The notes: generated by a model not told the origin, from the sequence alone. A stretch of DNA of 64,000 nucleotides from Coraliomargarita sp. (GCA_965216325.1 OZ244160.1:480001-544000); one strand, 5' to 3'; shown: positions 42,155-52,703, numbered from the stretch's first letter. Made by a program: numbers and translations.

Positions 42155-43012
42155 TTAGTTGTCGACGGTGAAGGCGAGGGATTCGGCGTCGAACTCCATG
42201 GTGGCGACGCGGGTGGCGGGGCCGGTCATGCGGATTTCGAAGTCGTCGCCGATTTCGATGCCGATCTTGCCGCCGGGCATGTGGACGGTGATCTCGCGAT
42301 CGCAGAGGCCGATGCGGTGTGCAACCGCAGCTGCGGCACTACTGCTCGAGCCGGAGGCGAGGGTGTAGCCTGCGCCGCGTTCCCAGATTTCGATCTGAAT
42401 GTTGTTGCGGTCGAGTGCTTTGAGGAACTGCACGTTGGTACGGTTGGGGAAGGCTTCGTGCACCTCGATGGCGGCGCCGTCTTTGCAGGCAAGCTCTTCG
42501 GAGATTTCCGGAAGGGGCACCACACAGTGTGGGTTGCCGATGTCAGCGATGTATGCGGTGTATTCGGTGCCGTTGATGGTGAGTTGCTCACCGATCTCAT
42601 GGTCGGCTGGTTCAGGGCCATCGACGGGCACGTGGGTGCGGCCGAAGCGCACTTTACCCATGTCAACTTTGATGGATTCAGCGCCTTCGCTGATTTCGCA
42701 GGTGACGATGCCGCCGAGGGTATTGACGGTGAAGGCTTCGGTGCCGACCTTACCAATGTCGTAGAGGTAGCGAGCGAAGATGCGCAGGCCGTTGCCGCTC
42801 TTTTCAGCTTCGCTGCCATCGGGGTTGATGATACGGAGGCCGAAGTCGGCTTTTTCAGTCGGGATTGGTCCGTAGAGGATGCCGTCGGAGCCGAGGCCGA
42901 AATTGCGGTGGCAGATACGGATGGTGTCGTCCGTTGCCGGAAGTTTAGGAGCGTCATCAGGGTCGAGGACGAGGTAGTCGTTACCAAGGGCGTGATACTT
43001 AGAGAATTTCAT
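42155..43012 (-). CDS. dapF: Diaminopimelate epimerase
   Basis: KYHALGNDY, G.GSDG, NPDGSEAEKSGNGLR, GNPH, ERGAGYTLASGSS. Confidence 0.93.
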   Translation of the reverse strand: MKFSKYHALGNDYLVLDPDDAPKLPATDDTIRICHRNFGLGSDGILYGPIPTEKADFGLRIINPDGSEAEKSGNGLRIFARYLYDIGKVGTEAFTVNTLGGIVTCEISEGAESIKVDMGKVRFGRTHVPVDGPEPADHEIGEQLTINGTEYTAYIADIGNPHCVVPLPEISEELACKDGAAIEVHEAFPNRTNVQFLKALDRNNIQIEIWERGAGYTLASGSSSSAAAAVAHRIGLCDREITVHMPGGKIGIEIGDDFEIRMTGPATRVATMEFDAESLAFTVDN

Positions 43013-43183
43013 AAAACTTAAAAAGTAAGCGAGTTTGGGCGGGTTGCAATCCGAGATGCGCGGAGTTTTTGAATTCCATGGCTTAGATGCTGATATTCGC
43101 TCTATGCGGCCTATAATGCTTGCGGGCTAGGGGAATTTACTCATTGTCAGTATGTCCTTAAATCTTGCTTGGGGACTGGGGAT

Positions 43184-45559
43184 ATGAATCACGCGGCGAA
43201 CACGTCAGAGGGGGGCGAGCATGCAACAGCAACCGGTCGTTACCTGTTGTGGCGTTCAGAGCCTTATTCCTTGTCGCTGGTGTATGTGGCGATGTTGCTG
43301 CTGACACTGTATAATCTAGATTCTGATACAGTGTGGGCTCGCTTTACGCTGCCTCTACTCTTCGCGATCGCGTTCTTGTTGGGCCAGCGTATGGGCTCTA
43401 GAGCAGTCATTGTCGTGGCAATTGTGCAATCGATTGGCTTGCTTGTGGTCGGATTCGGCTGGATTCAGATGCCGATCGCCTGGGCGGGGTTACAGAGTTG
43501 GTGGTTTGCTTTACTAATGTTGGCACTGTTGACGGGATTTACATGGGTCAGTTCGCTGATTGCTGCGTATCAGAGTCGCTCGGTTGAGCTCGCATGTGGG
43601 CGCGAAGCCATGATGGACAAGGTGTTCAATTCGCTGCCTGTTGGTATTTGGGTGCGTAACCGTGGAGGAGAGACTGTATTTTCGAATGAGCGCTGGCTGA
43701 GTTTTTGTTCGCAAGTTCCGCGTGGCGCTGAACTCGATTTTGGTGAAGATTGGCAACTGGAAGCTGAGGATTTGTTGATCAGTGAGAACCCCACAATCCG
43801 ATATCGAAAGGTAGAGTTGGAGGATCACCATGGCACGAGTTGTTCACTGACTTTGTTTACCTTGCGCATGTATATCGACCATCTGGACGATTATGGCTTA
43901 TTATGTTTGTTGGTCGATGAGACTGCGGTGCGGCTGTATGAAGAAAAGGTGCGGCTGAGCGAGCAACGTTTGCGGATGGCCCTTGATAGTGAAGAAACCG
44001 GTTTCTGGGAACAGGATCTCTCCAGTGGTCAGATGTCGACGAATTTAAATTTTTTCCGGATGCTGGGTGTTGAAGAGGCGTCGGTGACAGACCCTAAAAA
44101 GTATTGGACTGATTTAATACACCCGGATGATCGGGCTCTGGCCTTGAAGGAGTTAGGGGATATGTCGTTTGCAGAGGGTGAAGTGAAGCACCTTGATTAT
44201 CGCATGCGCTGTGCGGACGGCAGCTACCTGTGGGTGCAGGACCGGATTCAAGTGACCGAGCGTAACCCGGATGGTTCGGTCAGTCGGATCATGGGAGCTC
44301 TAGAGGATATTTCCACGCGTAAGCAGACCGAGTTCTTTCTCAAAGAGGCGAAGGAAAAGGCGGAGGCTGCGAACCAAGCGAAAGGGCATTTCATTGCGAC
44401 GATTTCTCATGAAATCCGCACGCCGCTCAATGCGATCATTGGCCTGTCAAGTTTCTTGACCGAGTCCGATTTGGATGAGGAGCAGCATAACTTGATTGAG
44501 ACCATTCATAGTAGTGGACAGAGTTTGCTATTTCTCGTGAACGATATTCTCGACTTTTCAAAGATCGAAGCGGGACGCATGGAATTGGAAGTGCAGGAGT
44601 ATCCACTACGTCTATGCTTCGAAGATTGTGTGAAGCTGTTTAAGTTACGCGCAGCGGAGAAGAATGTTGCGGTGCCGATGAATCTGGATCCTGAGCTTCC
44701 GGAGTTTGCGCTCGGAGATATGGAGCGTTTGAGGCAAATAGTACAGAATCTGCTGGGTAATGCGTTGAAGTTTACGGAGTCGGGCTCAGTCGAGATTAGA
44801 GTCTCCAAGGTGGATTTGACGGAAGTGCCCGAGTCACACCGTCCAGATCCGTTGGAGCCAGTTGGCTACTTGGACCAGTCAGACCACGAGTATATACGGG
44901 TAGATGTTAAAGATAGTGGTATTGGTATTCCGGAAGATCGTTTACATATCCTTTTTGACGCCTTTAGTCAGGCAGACCCGTCGACGACACGTAAATACGG
45001 TGGAACCGGTTTGGGCTTAGCTATTTGCAAGCGTCTGGTTGAAGCAATGGGCGGTGAAATCTGGGTCGAAAGCACAGAGGGAACAGGCACGACCTTTAGT
45101 TTTGTGGTGCGCACCAAGCTGGTGTGTGAGGATGTCACGAGCAACGACTCAACACCGGAACGATTGGATACCAGTCTGCGCATATCGGATGAGTATCCTA
45201 GCGATTTTCTCGTGGTCGGAAGTAACGAAGAGGCTGAAGGGCTCTTAGAGCAGTGTCGTGTATTGGGCTATGCGCCGCACCGTGCCTTGGATTACGTGGT
45301 GAGCGATGAGACGCTGATGCGCCGTGACTATGGCATCGTGTTTATCAGTCTCGGTGATGAAGTGAGGGCCCTGCAACTATCTCGGCGGATTGCATCCATG
45401 CGCGGCACGCACCGGCCGCGTGCCATTGTAGGCTATGCGGTTAACGGCAATGATCTGTCGCTGGAGCGCTGTAAGTTGGCGGGCATGGGGCGCGTCGTCG
45501 AAAGCCACTCGGAAGTCGATGGGCTGAAGGCAGTTGTGATTGACGTGCTCGAAGCGTGA
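43184..45559 (+). CDS. Membrane PAS/PAC sensor histidine kinase with a degenerate receiver-like tail
   Basis: TM segments, [46 protein letters not shown]. Confidence 0.92.
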   Translation: MNHAANTSEGGEHATATGRYLLWRSEPYSLSLVYVAMLLLTLYNLDSDTVWARFTLPLLFAIAFLLGQRMGSRAVIVVAIVQSIGLLVVGFGWIQMPIAWAGLQSWWFALLMLALLTGFTWVSSLIAAYQSRSVELACGREAMMDKVFNSLPVGIWVRNRGGETVFSNERWLSFCSQVPRGAELDFGEDWQLEAEDLLISENPTIRYRKVELEDHHGTSCSLTLFTLRMYIDHLDDYGLLCLLVDETAVRLYEEKVRLSEQRLRMALDSEETGFWEQDLSSGQMSTNLNFFRMLGVEEASVTDPKKYWTDLIHPDDRALALKELGDMSFAEGEVKHLDYRMRCADGSYLWVQDRIQVTERNPDGSVSRIMGALEDISTRKQTEFFLKEAKEKAEAANQAKGHFIATISHEIRTPLNAIIGLSSFLTESDLDEEQHNLIETIHSSGQSLLFLVNDILDFSKIEAGRMELEVQEYPLRLCFEDCVKLFKLRAAEKNVAVPMNLDPELPEFALGDMERLRQIVQNLLGNALKFTESGSVEIRVSKVDLTEVPESHRPDPLEPVGYLDQSDHEYIRVDVKDSGIGIPEDRLHILFDAFSQADPSTTRKYGGTGLGLAICKRLVEAMGGEIWVESTEGTGTTFSFVVRTKLVCEDVTSNDSTPERLDTSLRISDEYPSDFLVVGSNEEAEGLLEQCRVLGYAPHRALDYVVSDETLMRRDYGIVFISLGDEVRALQLSRRIASMRGTHRPRAIVGYAVNGNDLSLERCKLAGMGRVVESHSEVDGLKAVVIDVLEA

Positions 45560-45619
45560 GCTGGGCTCAGATCATTGCTTCGATGGTGCGCTATAAGCCC
45601 CGCGCCTGAACTAGCCGGT

Positions 45620-45848
45620 ACCCCTCCTTGAAAAGGAGGGAAGCTGTTGGCAACTTGTCGGCTGGCAAGCTGAGGTTATACCAATTCTATAAAGGTCTGG
45701 CCTGTAATACCTCTCCCATCTGGCCCTTCGACAAGCTCAGGGCAGTGAGCCCGTCGAACTGCAAGCAGGTGACCTCCTCTTCGCAGGGGAGGAGTTTTTT
45801 AGCTCCCCTTGATGAGGAGGGGTGGATCGCGGAGCGAGACGGGTGGTG
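45620..45848. repeat. Cluster of REP-like palindromic repeats
   Basis: CCCTCCTT-gaa-AAGGAGGG; GCCCTTCGACAAGCTCAGGGC...GTGAGCCCGTCGAAC; CTCCCCT...GGAGGGGTGG...CGGGTGG, in a convergent intergenic gap. Confidence 0.65.
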
Positions 45849-46013
45849 CCCATGAGGCCAAACCTTTTGCTAATCGGTATTATACCGCATTGAAGATTTA
45901 GCTAGTGACGCTTGCCCTTAAGCGTCTGAACGCAGCCGTCCGGGCTGTCCAATCAGGCTAAACCTTTACCGAATGGTAATCCCCATTCTTGAGGAAACAG
46001 GCGAGAGCCTGTG

Positions 46014-47687
46014 TTACTTCGCGCGGTTGAAGGCGCTGACGAGTGCGCGCAAGCCGGCGAGTTCGATGTTGGGATCGATGCCGCAGCCGAAGTAAACCGT
46101 GCCATCCTCGTGCTGAATTTGGATGTATGCCGCTGCTTCTGTTTTGGAGCCGGCGCCAATGGAGTGCTGACGATAGTCGATCAAGGTGAAGTTCTTCAGC
46201 GATTGCTTGTCGAGCGCATCAACGAAGGCACTGATCGGGCCATTGCCAGTTCCAGAAATGGTACTTTCGTTGCCCTCGTAGGTTACGTCTGCATCGATGC
46301 GGACTTCGCCGGATTCGGAGAAGTCTTCGCGCTCGATTGCTTTGATCTCCAGCGGGCTGCTGAGATTGATGTATTCGCGCTGAAAGATGGCGTGCACTTC
46401 TTCGGGGGGCAGCTCGCGACTACCCGCATCGGCTGCGTTGTTGATGACTTCGCCGACTTCCGGGTGCATGGATTTTGGCAATTCCAGACCATAGTCGCGC
46501 GCCAAGATGTAGGCGACGCCACCTTTGCCGCTTTGGCTGTTGATGCGGATGATTGCTTCGTAGTCACGGCCCAGATCCTGTGGGTCGATTAATAAATAGG
46601 GGACCTGCCAGAGTTCGCCCTTGGTGTCGGCATCGGTGGGACGCAAGTCCATGCCCTTTTTGATCGCGTCCTGATGGGAGCCTGAAAACGCGGTAAAGAC
46701 CAACTCGCCACCGTAAGGGTGGCGGTCATGCACGGGCATGCGGGTGATGCGCTCGTAGGCAGCACGAATTTGGTCCAGATTGCTAAAGTCCAGCTCCGGA
46801 TCGACGCCCTGCGAATACATGTTCAAGGCCACCGTGACGATGTCGAGGTTGCCGGTGCGTTCGCCATTGCCGAACAAGGTGCCTTCAACGCGGTCGGCTC
46901 CGGCCATTAAGCCGAGCTCAGTGGCGGCAACGCCGGTTCCACGGTCGTTGTGGGTGTGCAAGCTGATGTAGGCCAAGTTGCGCTGCTTCATGTTGCGGCA
47001 GAACCACTCGATTTGGTCGGCATGCACATTTGGCGTCGCGACCTCGACGGTCGCGGGCAAGTTCAGGATGATCTTGTTGTCTTCAGTCGGCTGCCAGACA
47101 TCCATGACCGCTTCACAGACTTCGAGTGCGTAATCGACTTCGGTGTCGGAGAAGCTTTCCGGGGAGTATTGCAGGCGGATATTGGTCCCGGGAATAGTGT
47201 CGACCAAGCTCTTGACCAGCTTGGCACCCTCAACGGCGATTTGCTTAATCTCCTCCTTGGTCTTGTTGAAAGTGACACGGCGCTGCAGGGGCGAGGTGGA
47301 GTTATACAAGTGCACGATGGCCTGCTTGACGCCTTCCAAGCTTTCGAATGTGCGGCGGATCAAATGCTCACGCGCCTGTACCAAGACCTGCACGGTGACA
47401 TCGTCGGGGATGCGGTTCTCCTCGACCAAGCGGCGGATAAAGCGGAACTCGGTGTCGCTGGCAGAGGGGAAGCCGACTTCGATTTCCTTGAAGCCGATTT
47501 TGACCAACAAGTCGAAGTATTCGAGCTTCTCGTCGACCGTCATGGGGATGGCGAGTGCCTGATTGCCGTCGCGGAGATCGACGCTGGTCCAGATCGGTGC
47601 GCGATCGATTGTTTTGCTCGGCCAGATGCGGTCGGGCAAGTCAATCTGAGGGAAGGCTTTATACTTGGTGATGGTTCCTGTTTGCAT
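46014..47687 (-). CDS. leuA: 2-isopropylmalate synthase (yeast/actinobacterial-type)
   Basis: SVDLRDGNQAL, YSPESF, NLPATVE, HTHNDRGTG, FSGSHQDAIKKG, IRINSQSGKGG, GNGPI. Confidence 0.97.
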   Translation of the reverse strand: MQTGTITKYKAFPQIDLPDRIWPSKTIDRAPIWTSVDLRDGNQALAIPMTVDEKLEYFDLLVKIGFKEIEVGFPSASDTEFRFIRRLVEENRIPDDVTVQVLVQAREHLIRRTFESLEGVKQAIVHLYNSTSPLQRRVTFNKTKEEIKQIAVEGAKLVKSLVDTIPGTNIRLQYSPESFSDTEVDYALEVCEAVMDVWQPTEDNKIILNLPATVEVATPNVHADQIEWFCRNMKQRNLAYISLHTHNDRGTGVAATELGLMAGADRVEGTLFGNGERTGNLDIVTVALNMYSQGVDPELDFSNLDQIRAAYERITRMPVHDRHPYGGELVFTAFSGSHQDAIKKGMDLRPTDADTKGELWQVPYLLIDPQDLGRDYEAIIRINSQSGKGGVAYILARDYGLELPKSMHPEVGEVINNAADAGSRELPPEEVHAIFQREYINLSSPLEIKAIEREDFSESGEVRIDADVTYEGNESTISGTGNGPISAFVDALDKQSLKNFTLIDYRQHSIGAGSKTEAAAYIQIQHEDGTVYFGCGIDPNIELAGLRALVSAFNRAK

Positions 47688-47732
47688 GTTCGGAAAGATA
47701 AGTGGTGGGATACAAATTGTGATTCAAGATAG

Positions 47733-47822
47733 AAAAGAAGTCAGGAGTCAGAATTCAGGAGTTAGGATGTGCGAGCATTCATCAACTTCGCGGATCTCTG
47801 GCCTCCGATTTTCGGCTTCTGC
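47733..47822. repeat. Degenerate 7-mer repeats (AGTCAGG/A) with an inverted partner tract
   Basis: aagtcaggagtcagaattcaggagttagg ... tctggcctccgattttcggcttctg. Confidence 0.5.
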
Positions 47823-47853
47823 CCTGTTTGGGCTTCATTGGTTTTGGGCGTTT

Positions 47854-47952
47854 TTACATCAGCTGCGCCCACAGACAAAAACTTCATCCCCCCACGGGGA
47901 GAAGCAGCAGTGCGCCGAGTCGGCTGAGCAACTGTGTTGGGTTTGTCCGCAT
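47854..47952 (-). promoter_or_regulatory. Leu-rich leader peptide upstream of leuA
   Basis: MRTNPTQLLSRLGALLLLPVGDEVFVCGAQLM*, 8 Leu including LLLL; TTGACA (47990-47985) upstream. Confidence 0.7.
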
Positions 47953-48071
47953 CACGCTGAGAAGCATTGGCTGTTGCTGGTGGCTGTCAAGTGTAGGCTG
48001 CTGCCGAATTCGCTGACTTCGAGCGAAACAAGTCTTGTTTGCGGGCCAGAATCTGCACAAATTAATAAATC

Positions 48072-48638
48072 GTGACTGATCCTCTTCCAGCCCTACACGG
48101 TCGCACTATTATTCTCGGTGTGACCGGTTCGATTGCCGCTTTCAAAGCGGCGGATATCACCAGCCGTCTCACCGAGGCGGGTGCCAGTGTCTTTCCGGTA
48201 ATGACGCAGAGCGCGTGTCGCTTCATTACACCGCTGACCCTGCAGACGCTCGCGCGGAATCCCGCGGTCACTGACATGTGGAAAGAAGAGGAAAGCTGGC
48301 AGCCGGGGCATATCGATTTGGCGGACCGCGCCGATCTGATGTTGGTGGCTCCGGCGACCGCGAACTGTCTGGCACTCTTTGCGCAGGGCTTGGCGCCGGA
48401 TTTACTGTCTTCGATTCACTTGGCGACGAAGGCTCCGGTGATGATTGCTCCTGCGATGAATGGAAAGATGCTGGCGCATGCGGCCACTCAAGCCAATATT
48501 CAGACGCTGACGGAGCGAGGCTACCACTTCATCGAGCCGGCGACAGGCATGTTGGCCTGTGGCTATGAAGGCGAGGGCAAGTTAGCTCCGGTCGAGACGA
48601 TCGTAGAGCGTGTCATCCAGTTTTTTCAATTGGCCTAA
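48072..48638 (+). CDS. coaC: Phosphopantothenoylcysteine decarboxylase (stand-alone flavoprotein)
   Basis: LGVTGSIAAFK, HIDLA, VAPATAN, APAMN, GMLACG..G.GKL; no CoaB domain. Confidence 0.9.
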   Translation: MTDPLPALHGRTIILGVTGSIAAFKAADITSRLTEAGASVFPVMTQSACRFITPLTLQTLARNPAVTDMWKEEESWQPGHIDLADRADLMLVAPATANCLALFAQGLAPDLLSSIHLATKAPVMIAPAMNGKMLAHAATQANIQTLTERGYHFIEPATGMLACGYEGEGKLAPVETIVERVIQFFQLA

Positions 48639-48647
48639 AAACACTGA

Positions 48648-51600
48648 ATGGATAAGGAATCAGGGCAGCATGAACGAATGGATGCGGCGAATGGCCCAGG
48701 GCAGGGAGTCGTTCACCGAGTGCTGAGTGCCGGCGAGAGTTTTGGTAACTACCGTGTGGTTGAATGCGTGAGTGAAGGCTTATTGATCAACTACTACCAC
48801 ATGCAGCATGTGCGCGACCTAAAGGACGTGACGGTTGGATTGTTACACCCACGGGCGAATGAGGATCCGAAAACGCTAAAGCGGCTGCAGAATTTGCAGC
48901 AGATGGTCAATGCGATCGATGAGTCTGCGGTTCCTAAGATTCACGATTGTGTGGAAATGAATGGCTACCTCTGCCTGTTTACGGATCCAGTTGTTGGGGA
49001 ATCGCTTAATCAATTTGTAGTCAAGAATCGCAAGGCAGGTTTGCCTGGCGTTGAGCCGCAGGTAGTCGCTCGGATTTGCGCAGGTTTGCTTGGCTTAATG
49101 GGGTGTGCGCATGCGCAGGGACTCGATCACCGAGATCTGGATTCGCAGCATATCTTTGTCACTGAGAAGGGCAAGGTGCAGGTGCTTGGAGTGGGCTTGA
49201 AGGCGGCATTGGGGGTGGATATCTTTGAAGGTGTTGTGTCAGCGTCTATTTCGCCCTTGAAGCGCAACGACAAGGTTAAGGCCGGTCGCTTGACTTCCTT
49301 TGATGTGATGAGTCCGGAGTATAAGTCCGGAGTGGAGGAAGATCCCAGAGTGGATATCTTTGCGATTGGATTGATCGGTTATTGGATGCTGACTGGTAGA
49401 GTTCCGGATCGTCAGAATTTAGAGTTGCCTTCAACGCTGATCGAGGGATTGCCGTCGGGATGGGATGTGTATTTCTCAAAGTCTCTGGAACGGCGCAAAG
49501 AGGATCGTTATCAGACCTGCAAAGGGGCTCTACTTGCACTGAAGCAAACGGAAGTCGAAATTGAGTCGGATGAGTCGAACTTTATTCAGCGTCAAATCGA
49601 CCGTATTCCTGTGCCCAAGGGAGTGGTGGAGCGTGGCGATTTGGCGACGCGCGTTTATCGCCTCAGTTTGATTGGTTTGTTGGGGGTGACATTGACGGCA
49701 CTGATGGTCTCATTTTTTGAGCGCACTTTTCTTGAAGAGACGGGGAGCGCGCCTAGGGAGCTTGTCGTCCGTAAGCTGAAGGTGGATGAGTCGCCGAACT
49801 TGCAACTGACCCTGAGCCCGGAGAGCGCACGCGTTTATGTGGGGCCGCAGTCGCGTGGTTTTAAGGGCGTCAAGGGGAAGGTCGAATTGAAGGCGGACCC
49901 CGGGCACCATGAGTTGAGAATCGCCGCGCCCGGCTATGTCGAGCAGATCGTCGGCGTATCGATCGCCGATGAAGACACCTTGTTGAGTCAATCGGTTACG
50001 TTGTTGCCGAAAGTGACTCGCTTAACGGTTCATTCCGAGCCTGAGGCCTCTGTGGTGTTGGTCGATGCTGATGGGAATGAGCGTGAGCTGGGGCAGGTCG
50101 ATGAACTCGGTGTCTTTGTGTATGAGGAGACCGGTGAAGGTGGGGTCTATGACCTTATTGTGCGCAAAGAGGAGTATTCGACCTTTAGCATTCTCGATTA
50201 TACGATCAAAGGAGGCGATGTTGTTGAGATCGACGCGCCGTTGAAGGCCTTATTTACGAATTTGAAAGTGTCCTCCAACCCGGCGAAGGCAGAGGTTTAT
50301 GTAAATGGGGTCTTGGTGGGGAGCACCCCGCTGGTATTGCGTGCCGTTGAGATTGGTCAAACCTATCGGGTGATGGGCAAGCTAGATGGCTACCGGTCTG
50401 TGAGTGAATTGGTTGAAATCCAGGCGGATGGGCAGTCGGTAGTCGACTTTGGAAAGCTAGCTCGAAGGACTGGTTCGGTGGATGTGGCGGTCAGCTTTAT
50501 CGGGGTTCCCAAAGAACAGCAGAAATCGCTGATGAAGGACTTGGAATTTGAGTTCAACGGTCATCGGATGGCTTTTGATAAAGAGGAGCTAAGTAATCTG
50601 GATGAGGGGCGCTATGTTTTGCATTTCTGGCATCCCGACTACGAAGTCGATGCCTTTGAATTTAGTGTTCAAGATCAGGAAGTTTCGACTCGAAGGGTAG
50701 TCCTGACACCGAAGCCGGGGCGAGTCACGCTCGACTTGGATGATTCGATTGAATTTGAGCTGAGCGTTGATGGAGAGCTTGTCGAGTTAGTGGATTCTAC
50801 CGTGCAGATTGAAGCGAGCAAGCCAGTCGAATTAGAGCTTAAGATGCGTCACTTTATGACGATGCGTAAGGTCGTTGAGGTCGGGCCTAATCAGGAGCGG
50901 GTTTGGGCGGTTCAACCAGTTGGGATCCCCGGACCGGAACTTGGCGGTGAGTGGAATGTCCCTTACATGGGGATGCCCTTTGTCTGGTTGAATCCTGGGC
51001 AGTTCAAAATGGGTAGTCCGCTCGTTGAAAGAGAGCGCATGCCGAATGAGGGACCAGGTACCCATGTAAGCTTTAGCTATGGGTTCTGGATGAGTGCCTA
51101 TGAGGTGACTCAATTAGAGTATTGGGAGATTACTGAGCGCCAACCTGCTGAGTTTAGTGGTCCCACACGTCCGGTGGAATCCATTACATGGCAACAGGCG
51201 CTGGAGTTTTGTCGTCTGTTGACCGAGCAAGAACGCAACTATGGCCGTTTGCCTGAGGGCTATGTGTATCGTTTGCCGACGGAGCCGGAGTGGGAGTATG
51301 GTGCCCGTGCTGGAACCAGGACTCCGTATCATTTCGGTGAATACGTTCAGGGGCGAGTCGGAAACTTTCGTGGTGGATTGCCTGAGGCAACAGGTTTTGA
51401 TCAGCGTGCCGGAGATCAATATGGAAGTGAGCCTGTAGGCTCATTTAAGCCGAATGCATGGGGCCTCTATGATATTCATGGCAATGTTGCCGAGTGGACC
51501 TTGGACTACTATGACGGTCGTCTTGAAGGTGGATCTATTAGCGATCCGCAGGTCCGTAGGCGTGGTGATCGAATTGCGGTGCGAGGTGGTAGTTGGCTGG

Positions 51601-51701
51601 ACAATCGCAAGCGGGTGCGCATTGGTGCACGCGACGATGTGAGTCCTGAAAAGTATAGTAATGCGATCGGTTTCCGAGTCGTGCTTGCGCCCGAGCTCTA
51701 G
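48648..51701 (+). CDS. Ser/Thr pseudokinase - TM - PEGA repeats - FGE-sulfatase (SUMF1) domain protein
   Basis: HRD, MSPE, DIFAIG...MLTG; TM helix; SSNPAKAEVYVNG..VGSTPL; F.MGS, EVTQ, RLPTEPEWEY, NAWGLYDIHGNVAEW, RGGSW, GFRV. Confidence 0.9.
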   Translation: MDKESGQHERMDAANGPGQGVVHRVLSAGESFGNYRVVECVSEGLLINYYHMQHVRDLKDVTVGLLHPRANEDPKTLKRLQNLQQMVNAIDESAVPKIHDCVEMNGYLCLFTDPVVGESLNQFVVKNRKAGLPGVEPQVVARICAGLLGLMGCAHAQGLDHRDLDSQHIFVTEKGKVQVLGVGLKAALGVDIFEGVVSASISPLKRNDKVKAGRLTSFDVMSPEYKSGVEEDPRVDIFAIGLIGYWMLTGRVPDRQNLELPSTLIEGLPSGWDVYFSKSLERRKEDRYQTCKGALLALKQTEVEIESDESNFIQRQIDRIPVPKGVVERGDLATRVYRLSLIGLLGVTLTALMVSFFERTFLEETGSAPRELVVRKLKVDESPNLQLTLSPESARVYVGPQSRGFKGVKGKVELKADPGHHELRIAAPGYVEQIVGVSIADEDTLLSQSVTLLPKVTRLTVHSEPEASVVLVDADGNERELGQVDELGVFVYEETGEGGVYDLIVRKEEYSTFSILDYTIKGGDVVEIDAPLKALFTNLKVSSNPAKAEVYVNGVLVGSTPLVLRAVEIGQTYRVMGKLDGYRSVSELVEIQADGQSVVDFGKLARRTGSVDVAVSFIGVPKEQQKSLMKDLEFEFNGHRMAFDKEELSNLDEGRYVLHFWHPDYEVDAFEFSVQDQEVSTRRVVLTPKPGRVTLDLDDSIEFELSVDGELVELVDSTVQIEASKPVELELKMRHFMTMRKVVEVGPNQERVWAVQPVGIPGPELGGEWNVPYMGMPFVWLNPGQFKMGSPLVERERMPNEGPGTHVSFSYGFWMSAYEVTQLEYWEITERQPAEFSGPTRPVESITWQQALEFCRLLTEQERNYGRLPEGYVYRLPTEPEWEYGARAGTRTPYHFGEYVQGRVGNFRGGLPEATGFDQRAGDQYGSEPVGSFKPNAWGLYDIHGNVAEWTLDYYDGRLEGGSISDPQVRRRGDRIAVRGGSWLDNRKRVRIGARDDVSPEKYSNAIGFRVVLAPEL

Positions 51702-52201
51702 TCGACCTTTAGCACACCATCTGTTAGAATGCGTGCACGCAGGCCGCCAGATCCTTTCATGGCGGCTTCAACCCCGGGAGCGACGGCTTCATTCATCCAA
51801 TAGCAGGGACGGCTTTCTTCGCTACCTTCGAATTCGATGCCTTGCAGTGTGAAGCGCTGGCCAATGAGACTGTTTAGATCGAGCCCACAGACCAATACGT
51901 TGCGACGGAAGATCCACGGTTCGAGCTCGGTGAGGTTAAAGTCGCGCTTGATTCTCTGAAAGACAGCCCAATCAAAAAATGTGATTTGGCCTTTAAAGTC
52001 TTCTTTATGTCTGAAGTAGCGATCGCCGACCAGACCTGCGCCTGCAACGCACTCCACCGTATTTACTGCTTGGAAACCATGGTCGAGTCGACCCTTCCCG
52101 TGGCGGCCTACAAAGTCATGGCCGGTTGAGATGTAGATGGCTTTGATTTGAGCATCGCTCATATCATCGAAGGCGGGCGAAGAGTTTGAGTTGGAGTGCA
52201 T
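51698..52201 (-). CDS. MOSC domain protein
   Basis: GLVGDRY, QITF, FRRNV...DLNSLIG, RPCYWM, GGLRARIL; start may be 52162. Confidence 0.88.
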   Translation of the reverse strand: MHSNSNSSPAFDDMSDAQIKAIYISTGHDFVGRHGKGRLDHGFQAVNTVECVAGAGLVGDRYFRHKEDFKGQITFFDWAVFQRIKRDFNLTELEPWIFRRNVLVCGLDLNSLIGQRFTLQGIEFEGSEESRPCYWMNEAVAPGVEAAMKGSGGLRARILTDGVLKVD

Positions 52202-52218
52202 CTTGGACTGGGGGTTCG

Positions 52219-52674
52219 CTATTTATGCGGGCCACCTGGCTTGGCTGGGGCTGTGACTCCACTGTGGTTGCTCTCGATCCATGCTTCGCTGCCATCGGCA
52301 TAGCGCTCCTTCTTCCAAATGGGCAGGCGGTGCTTAACGTTGTCGATGATATAGCGGCAGGCGAGGAAACTGTCACCACGGTGGTGTGCGGTGACGCCGA
52401 CCCAGACGGCAATGTCGCCGACCGTGAGTGGGCCTATTCGGTGCACAATCGACGCCGCCTCAATGTGGAATTGCTCGACTGCTTCAGCAATAATCTGCTC
52501 GGCGATGGCTGGGGCGAGTTGTGGATAGCCGCTGTAATGGAGTTCTCCGACTGATTTGCCTTCGTTGTGGTTACGCACCCAGCCTTCGTAACTACAGAAG
52601 GCACCAGCGGTTGCTGAAAGCAGCTGTTCGCGCAACTGTTGCGGGTCGATTGTGGATTCGCTGAGATCGAACAT
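52219..52674 (-). CDS. moaE: Molybdopterin synthase catalytic subunit
   Basis: GA...EGWVRNHNEG, HRIG.L.VGD, HR..F...IID.VK...PIWKKE. Confidence 0.95.
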   Translation of the reverse strand: MFDLSESTIDPQQLREQLLSATAGAFCSYEGWVRNHNEGKSVGELHYSGYPQLAPAIAEQIIAEAVEQFHIEAASIVHRIGPLTVGDIAVWVGVTAHHRGDSFLACRYIIDNVKHRLPIWKKERYADGSEAWIESNHSGVTAPAKPGGPHK

Positions 52675-52703
52675 GATGGTCGTAGTCTTGGGGGGAGGCG
52701 GGG

